Shown here: piece by piece, positions 58,463-64,000 of the stretch
How positions within the stretch are numbered: the first letter of the stretch is position 1
Layout of the letters: every line of letters starts with the position of its first letter
The notes under the pieces: generated by a model
What the model saw: only the letters and a program-made list of their open reading frames with translations
Told to the model about the DNA's origin: nothing
Databases searched by the model: none
Source of the DNA: an uncultured bacterium
Lineage (GTDB): Bacteria > Omnitrophota > Omnitrophia > Omnitrophales > Aquincolibacteriaceae
Direction of reading: 5' to 3'
DNA: 64,000 bases
Assembly (NCBI GenBank): GCA_964385615.1
Contig: CAYLPP010000003.1
Span: forward strand, 203,288-267,287
Program-made: the position numbers and the translations under genes

Positions 58463-58529
58463 GAGATGAGTCCTTTAGTTGAGGAGGGATTATAGAGGAG
58501 TTTCAGCCAGGCATCAAGGTTAAAACTTG

Positions 58530-59057
58530 TCAGTTGGTCAGCTTACGGATTCCCAGACTAATCTCAATTAACTCACTGATTTCCGACCGGCTCAGGCGCG
58601 GCAGAGTCGATTGAACCTGAAAACCTTCAGGCGCAGGCGGGAGCACCTTGGGAGCGGCCTGACAGAGGTCTTTTAAGGCCAGTGCGGATCCGCTCTCGGA
58701 ACTCAGAAAAGAATATTGAAAGCACCGCGGATTCCCCGGCAATGCTTTTAAAAGTCCGTGCCCGCTCGTAAGCTCCTGAAAAAAAGCGAATATCCGCAAG
58801 GGCAGGTTAAAAGTCGACTGCAAGCGCTGAATCTCTTTAGCCAATTCCGAAAGGTCTTGATGGCCTGCGGGAGTGTTAAATACACGGCTCCAAACGATGA
58901 ATTCCCCTGTTTTTATAAAAAACTGATCTTCCCGGTCATAGCTTAGAGCGAAGACCCGGTCGTAATCATCAATGTGCTCATACTCCAGGACAGCCTTCTT
59001 TAAAGACTCCACAACCCCTTTGGATGGCGCCGTAGCCCGGATAAAGTAGGTCTTCAC
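58530..59057 (-). CDS. hypothetical protein
   Basis: 175 aa in a tight array with the flanking genes. No recognised domain. Confidence 0.4.
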   Translation of the reverse strand: MKTYFIRATAPSKGVVESLKKAVLEYEHIDDYDRVFALSYDREDQFFIKTGEFIVWSRVFNTPAGHQDLSELAKEIQRLQSTFNLPLRIFAFFQELTSGHGLLKALPGNPRCFQYSFLSSESGSALALKDLCQAAPKVLPPAPEGFQVQSTLPRLSRSEISELIEISLGIRKLTN

Positions 59058-59812
59058 GAGGCTCTCAAGGAGTGACTCAATGCCTGCTTTTCACTGAGCA
59101 TAAGAAAATTATCATGGGAAATTAAAAGTTCCAGATCAAAAGCAGGTATGCCGTGAAAACCTCCTCTGGAAACAGGATGACACCCAAACCATCCCAGATC
59201 GCAGCCTAAGTGCCGGGAGACCATTTCAGAAAGCTTTTCATAAAGATACGCTCCGGTTTTCTCCTCCAAGCCGTCATAAGCCAGCAGGCACTCAAGGCGG
59301 GCATTGCGTTGAAGAGCCCATTTGATCCACTTATAGACCTCAGAAAGATTTTCCATCTCAGGAGTAACCCAAAAAACCGTTTTATCAAGAAGCCCGACGG
59401 CCTTCTCGAACACACCCGCGTTGTGCCAGGAAAAATCGAGAAACATAAGGGAAGACTCCATTTCTCCTCTTCCCGAAGAAGAACATGAACAATTTTTTTC
59501 AAACTCACTCAGGTCCATATGCCGGTGCTTGACCCAACTGCCTTTTAAGGCACTGGCGCCCTCAGGCTCTCCCTGGCAACCAATAGACACAATGCTTGAG
59601 GGGTATCCCGCGGCAGAGGCTTGTTCCGCCGCTGCGCGGCAAAGATCAAAGGATGAAATCAAGCCTGGATGAGAAAGACTAATCAGCTGAATGGATGCGT
59701 CGGGAAGAATGTTCCGGGCAATCGGCTTTTCCCCGGATTCAAAACCCGCTTTTTCTGAAAACAAGGTGGAAATATCTTTAAGACCACGCTTCAGTTTCCG
59801 GACTTCATCCAT
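59054..59812 (-). CDS. hypothetical protein (Cys-rich middle segment)
   Basis: 252 aa; its start overlaps the ParA-like gene end by 8 bp and its stop overlaps the next gene by 4 bp. No recognised domain. Confidence 0.4.
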   Translation of the reverse strand: MDEVRKLKRGLKDISTLFSEKAGFESGEKPIARNILPDASIQLISLSHPGLISSFDLCRAAAEQASAAGYPSSIVSIGCQGEPEGASALKGSWVKHRHMDLSEFEKNCSCSSSGRGEMESSLMFLDFSWHNAGVFEKAVGLLDKTVFWVTPEMENLSEVYKWIKWALQRNARLECLLAYDGLEEKTGAYLYEKLSEMVSRHLGCDLGWFGCHPVSRGGFHGIPAFDLELLISHDNFLMLSEKQALSHSLRAS

Positions 59813-60917
59813 AATTCGCCCCCAGGTTCAGGTCGAGAAAAGAATCAAAGGTTCCGAAAGCGTTAAGTTGATGGAAGGGCTGTCCGGGGTCCACCTGCCA
59901 TTCCCCATCAATAATATATTTATAGCGGTAAGTTCCCGCCGTAATGGGAATAATTTTCTGCCAAAGCCCTTCTTCCCTGGAAATCATGGGTTCAGGAATC
60001 CAGTTATTAAAATCACCGGCAAGTTCGACCGTGCGCGCATTCTTGCTGACCGTCTGAAAAAGAATACCGCCGTGGACTTTGCGAGGGCCGAAATGGCTCT
60101 GCACGGCATTGTCCCACCCAAGCTTTTTGGCCGGAAGCGCTCGGTCCAGCTGACGCTCTAAATATTCCACAGCCAGATTAAAATAGTCCCTGAACGCGCC
60201 TGACCCACGGTCATACTGAACAATACTTTTACCCGCGCCGGCCGCTTCTTTCAGAAGAACGCTTTCATGAATAATGCTCTTGAACAGCTTTTCTTTGAAG
60301 AATCCTCTAACCTCTTCATACACTTCTTTGCCGAAGCAGGTGCGGGAATCAAAAATCGTCAGCAGCGCGTTAATTTCAACAGGATGGGTCCGTTTGAGGT
60401 TCAGGCCCGCAAGGGTTTCAGTCATTTTAGCCAAGCCGTGAAGGGAAAAAAATGAAGGCTCTATCGGAATGATAATTTCATCCGAAGCTTCCAGAGCGTT
60501 AAAAGTCAGGCTTCCCAAATTAGGCGGGCAATCCAAAATAACGTAATCAAATCCAGGCATCTGACTGTCAATCCATCGCAGCTGCTGGCGTAACTTTTTC
60601 TCTATCCCCGGCACCCCTGCCATTTCGCTTTCAATTTCAGCAAGCCTCGTATAGGCAGGAATTAAAGAAAGATTTTCATCAATACGGTGGATGAGCGGAG
60701 AAGCGCTGAGAACCGCGCTGTAGGGAGTGAGTAAATCGTAAGTGCCCTGCGGAGCTTCCCGTTCACGGACACCCAAACCGCAGGTCGAGTGCCCCTGCGG
60801 ATCCATATCCACAATCAGAACTTTTTTATGAAGCAGTGCCAGGCAGGCCGCAAAATTAATACTGGTAGTCGTCTTGCCGCAGCCGCCTTTTAAATTCGCA
60901 ATTGCCAGAACCCTCAA
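59805..60917 (-). CDS. ParA/MinD-family ATPase fused to a C-terminal CBM48/AMPK-beta glycogen-binding-like domain
   Basis: A deviant Walker A (KGGCGKTTTS) with Walker A'/B (DMDPQG, VILDCPP). The C-terminus (AGDFNNW...YRYKYIIDGEWQVDPGQP) matches the AMPK-beta GBD pattern FNNW...YKFFVDGQWTHDP. Confidence 0.75.
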   Translation of the reverse strand: MRVLAIANLKGGCGKTTTSINFAACLALLHKKVLIVDMDPQGHSTCGLGVREREAPQGTYDLLTPYSAVLSASPLIHRIDENLSLIPAYTRLAEIESEMAGVPGIEKKLRQQLRWIDSQMPGFDYVILDCPPNLGSLTFNALEASDEIIIPIEPSFFSLHGLAKMTETLAGLNLKRTHPVEINALLTIFDSRTCFGKEVYEEVRGFFKEKLFKSIIHESVLLKEAAGAGKSIVQYDRGSGAFRDYFNLAVEYLERQLDRALPAKKLGWDNAVQSHFGPRKVHGGILFQTVSKNARTVELAGDFNNWIPEPMISREEGLWQKIIPITAGTYRYKYIIDGEWQVDPGQPFHQLNAFGTFDSFLDLNLGANYG

Positions 60918-61023
60918 TCCCGCCTCCCTTTTCGAATGGTGAAGATTTCGGAGCCGGGTATATTAACGGCAGGTGCCGGTACTTTCTAAAGGGTTAAGGA
61001 AAGTCCCCCTCTGAAAGGGGTTT

Positions 61024-61509
61024 TCAATTATCGCGGCGGTCGTTGGAAAGCTGATTGAGGATTTTCATGAAAAAATCCTGCTCAATATCAAGATCATCAC
61101 CGGTAGGCTTAATTAACTCCCAGGGATCCTGGATTCTGGTACCTATTCTCTGCTGGAAGACCCCGGTAATTTCAATCATTGTGTCTCCAGCACGATCGCG
61201 AAGCCGTACCTTCATACGGTAGCGCCGGTCATACATCTGTTTGGGAATATTCTTCAAAAGACGGTTGGAACGCCGAACCCGGTCCTGAACCCAATCCGTT
61301 TCAATGGTTTTCTTATTTTCATTTATTTTCCGGATTCCGAAAGGTTTCAAGGCCGTCTGAACAGCTTTCCAAACTTCATCCTGAGAAACAGCGATTTCAT
61401 CCGAATAGCGCGCGAAAGAGTTTTTAGGGGCTACTGTTAATAACAAGACAAGCCCTGCGAGCGCGAAAAAGCTGAAGACACCCCGCTGAATCAAGCCGCG
61501 AAACTTCAT
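61024..61509 (-). CDS. hypothetical exported/membrane-anchored protein
   Basis: 161 aa with an N-terminal hydrophobic segment (VFSFFALAGLVLLLTVA) and a basic middle region. Confidence 0.45.
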   Translation of the reverse strand: MKFRGLIQRGVFSFFALAGLVLLLTVAPKNSFARYSDEIAVSQDEVWKAVQTALKPFGIRKINENKKTIETDWVQDRVRRSNRLLKNIPKQMYDRRYRMKVRLRDRAGDTMIEITGVFQQRIGTRIQDPWELIKPTGDDLDIEQDFFMKILNQLSNDRRDN

Positions 61510-62447
61510 AAAGTAAACAGCCTTTCAATCGGGACAACCCCGATGACTTCCCCATGCATATCCGTCACCACAGCAAAAGACTGACGCTTTTGCTGTAAAG
61601 TCAGAAACGCTTTTTCAATTGATGTATTTTTGGATAAAAAAATGGGCGACCTCAGATATTTCTTTAAAGTTTGTTTTTCATCTTTTTCAAACAGAAGGTC
61701 AAACACATAAATCATACCTACGATAATCGACGGGATTTCTTCGTAAACGAGAATCATCCTGGCCTGTGTTTTCAGCGCGATTTCTTTAGCTCTGGCTATA
61801 GATTCAGAAATTTCGATCTTCGCGACCCGATCTGAAGAAGTCATGACTGACTCCACGTGAATTCTCTCAAAATCCAGGATTGTGTCTACCAGCTTTTTTT
61901 CGTGAGGATTCAAAATCCCGGAACTTGTACTTTCTTCAATCAGGAGGCGGAATTCCTCTTCGGAAACAAAAATACTGCGGTGCAGGGGTCCGCCAAAAGG
62001 CCCCAGAATTAAATCCACGCCTTTGAGCAGCCAAACCGCCGGTCTCTGGAGAATCTTTAAAAAAAACTCCAGAACGGAAGCCCAGGCAAGCAGGAACTGC
62101 TGAGAGCGAAGTCTGCCGTAATCTTTAGGAACTGTTTCACCCAAAATAATAAAAAACGGAACCGTCAGCAAGGTCACCAGCCACTCGCTTTCGATCTTAA
62201 AATTCTGCTGAAGCCAGAAAGCCGCCGCCGATGTCGCGGTAATCATGGTGATATTATTCATAATCAGGACAATCGTCAGAAATTGATGCGGATGTTCCTG
62301 AAGGCGCATGATCTTCTTTGCCCGAAGATCCCCGCCATCGGCAAGCTCTCTAAGTTTGAGTTTATTGGCCGACACAAAAGCCATTTCAGAACCCGATAAA
62401 AATCCGGAAAGAATCAAACAAAGAAAAAAGACGAAAAGGAATGTCAT
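61506..62447 (-). CDS. CNNM/DUF21-CBS membrane protein (HlyC/CorC-family transporter, short form)
   Basis: 313 aa with the DUF21 TM region (FLSGSEMAFVS) and a CBS pair. It lacks the CorC_HlyC C-terminal domain. Confidence 0.75.
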   Translation of the reverse strand: MTFLFVFFLCLILSGFLSGSEMAFVSANKLKLRELADGGDLRAKKIMRLQEHPHQFLTIVLIMNNITMITATSAAAFWLQQNFKIESEWLVTLLTVPFFIILGETVPKDYGRLRSQQFLLAWASVLEFFLKILQRPAVWLLKGVDLILGPFGGPLHRSIFVSEEEFRLLIEESTSSGILNPHEKKLVDTILDFERIHVESVMTSSDRVAKIEISESIARAKEIALKTQARMILVYEEIPSIIVGMIYVFDLLFEKDEKQTLKKYLRSPIFLSKNTSIEKAFLTLQQKRQSFAVVTDMHGEVIGVVPIERLFTL

Positions 62448-63682
62448 TTCTTTACCGCCTTGACCAATACGGTCCGGATAAGGCGGTGCCGGATCACATC
62501 CTGTATTTTCATCTGGCAGTCAGGAAGACTGAGTATCTTCCCCTTCTCCGGGACTTCTCCGATTTTCTCCAAAATAAAGCCGGCGAGTGTGGATGTTTCC
62601 TGAGCTTCCAGATTCAGCGAAAAGAATTCATTAAACTCCGAAAGCGGGATTTTCGCTTCCACAAGATATTCCTGGTTTCCAGCCGGGCGGATGGGATTTT
62701 CGGGTTTCGCGTATTCATCGTAAAACTCTCCGAAAATTTCCTCAAAAATATCCTCCAAGGTTACAATCCCTGCCGTTCCGCCGTATTCATCCACGCAAAC
62801 CGCGAAATTCTTATTTTTAGAACGGAATTCTTCCAGAAGATCATCAATCCGTTTGAATTCAGGAATGAAAAGAGGCTGTTTAAGCAGTTGGGCCGCAGGC
62901 GTCTGCCGGTCCAGCACATACTCCTGAACAGGAACCACACCTAAGAGATTGTCTACCGATCCCTGGTAAACCGGGAAGTGAGAGAAATGATATTTCTGAA
63001 TCATCTCCAGATGTTTTTCTCGGGGTTCTTCAATATCAAGCGCCGCGATCGCGGTACGAGGCGTCATAATGTCCTTAACCGCGCGCTCCCCCAGGTCGAG
63101 AAGCTTCTGGATCATCTGCCTCTCCTGGCGGTCCAAAACCCCCTCCTCTTCTCCAATCTTAACAAGGGTCTTCAGCTCTTCTTCAGAAATCTGGTCTGTA
63201 TGCTCTTTTTTCTCCGGAATTAGAACGTGGATGATTTTTTCAGTAACCCATCGGACCGTCCAGCGGAAAGGAAATAAAAGCACTGAAATAACTTGAAGCG
63301 GTAAAGCGGCCAGAAGTGAAATTTTCTCGTTTTTCCGGACGGCTACCGTCTTGGGAAGAATTTCAGCAAAAAAAATCAGAACAATCGTAAATAAAACCAT
63401 AACAAAGCCGAGAGCACCCGGGTGTAAGTATCGAAGAACCAGAAGTGTCATATTCGCCGCGGCAAGGGTATTAACAAACAGATTGCCGATTAAAATAGTG
63501 ATCAGCGCCTGGCGAGGATGATCCAAATGCCTCTGAACCCAGGGTGAAAGCCCAGGATGCGCCTGCTGGAGACGGCGGCGCTCCATTTTGGAAAGAGAAA
63601 AAATCGCGGTTTCAGCCGAAGAAAAAAACGCGCTTAAGATAAAAAGCAGCGCTAATCCGGCCATATGAAGAAAAAGATGCAT
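62444..63682 (-). CDS. CNNM/DUF21-CBS-CorC_HlyC family transporter
   Basis: 412 aa with DUF21 (FFSSAETAIFS), two CBS motifs and a C-terminal CorC_HlyC-like domain. Confidence 0.8.
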   Translation of the reverse strand: MHLFLHMAGLALLFILSAFFSSAETAIFSLSKMERRRLQQAHPGLSPWVQRHLDHPRQALITILIGNLFVNTLAAANMTLLVLRYLHPGALGFVMVLFTIVLIFFAEILPKTVAVRKNEKISLLAALPLQVISVLLFPFRWTVRWVTEKIIHVLIPEKKEHTDQISEEELKTLVKIGEEEGVLDRQERQMIQKLLDLGERAVKDIMTPRTAIAALDIEEPREKHLEMIQKYHFSHFPVYQGSVDNLLGVVPVQEYVLDRQTPAAQLLKQPLFIPEFKRIDDLLEEFRSKNKNFAVCVDEYGGTAGIVTLEDIFEEIFGEFYDEYAKPENPIRPAGNQEYLVEAKIPLSEFNEFFSLNLEAQETSTLAGFILEKIGEVPEKGKILSLPDCQMKIQDVIRHRLIRTVLVKAVKK

Positions 63683-64000
63683 TAGGAAGCTCCGTACAAT
63701 TTCATTTTACGAATATAGTTTTCGACCTTTTCCGGCAAAACTTCGCTCCCCGGAGAGGTTCCTAAGGCAAACTGACTGCGGATATTCGACGCAGAAATGG
63801 GCATATTCGGCATATTGAGCCACTCGACTTTCGCGTCAAAATCACCGAGTTCGTATCCGGGACGCCGGGCTGCGGCAAGCCGGGCCATTTTTAGAATTTG
63901 TTCCGGTTCTTTCCAGGATGGAAACTGTTTAAGAGAATCTTCCCCGAGAATCAGATAAAACTCAGCACCGGGAAATTTACTCCGTAATTCCTTAAGAGAA
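63682..64000 (-). CDS. nadD: nicotinate-nucleotide adenylyltransferase, C-terminal part (start lies beyond the right edge)
   Basis: Reverse translation reads FYLILGEDSLKQFPSWKEPEQILKMARLAAARRPGYEL...ISASNIRSQF...VENYIRKMKLY, matching the NadD C-terminus (ISST.IR motif). Confidence 0.7.
   Translation of the reverse strand, partial: SLKELRSKFPGAEFYLILGEDSLKQFPSWKEPEQILKMARLAAARRPGYELGDFDAKVEWLNMPNMPISASNIRSQFALGTSPGSEVLPEKVENYIRKMKLYGAS

Noticed and set aside
60990-61023. Hairpin CCCCCTCTGAAAGGGG followed by TTTT on the plus strand, upstream of the ParA-like gene
   Set aside because: The stem is short (4-5 bp) and the T-run is on the plus strand, where no gene ends. On the minus strand there is no U-run, so it is not a convincing terminator.

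Overview
This looks like a bacterial chromosomal segment with strong strand bias: about 55 of 58 predicted genes are on the minus strand, and there are no rRNA genes, CRISPR arrays or transposases. The backbone is a near-complete de novo purine operon (purB-purC-purS-[hypothetical]-purQ-purL-purF ... purM-purD-purE), continuing into a Bacillus-ywl-like block (tsaC/ywlC fused to an LMW protein tyrosine phosphatase, rpiB, glyA). Two tandem giant genes (13.85 kb, about 4,616 aa; and 12.86 kb, 4,285 aa) sit between purF and purM, both with signal peptides and both in the operon's orientation. The first is a repeat-rich surface-type protein: a beta-propeller-like region, Ig/FN3-like tandem modules, Asp-Gly calcium-binding runs and Pro-Asn linkers. 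The second is a highly charged, mostly helical multidomain protein with enzyme-like motifs: TraB/Tiki-like, kinase-like, GGDEF-like and ATP-grasp-like. The rest of the window carries tRNA-Glu(CUC), a 61-bp tandem repeat next to xerD, an orphan receiver, ligA, a metallophosphoesterase-acyP-SpoU operon, PilZ, thrH-like, cspA with a long 5' UTR, mobA-like, an S4 protein, YceI plus a NYN nuclease (plus strand), cytochrome c, a YbaK-like protein, a Crp/Fnr regulator with an adjacent CRP-type box, tRNA-Pro(CGG), a divergent gshA/gshB pair, and a truncated dcw cluster (mraZ-STAS-rsmH-ftsL-ftsI) with MraZ operator repeats. Downstream come a zinc-ribbon protein, a ParA ATPase fused to a CBM48-like domain, two CNNM/CorC paralogs and the start of nadD. 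Taxon cannot be assigned from sequence alone; the giant genes resemble those reported from candidate phyla such as Omnitrophota, but that is inference.
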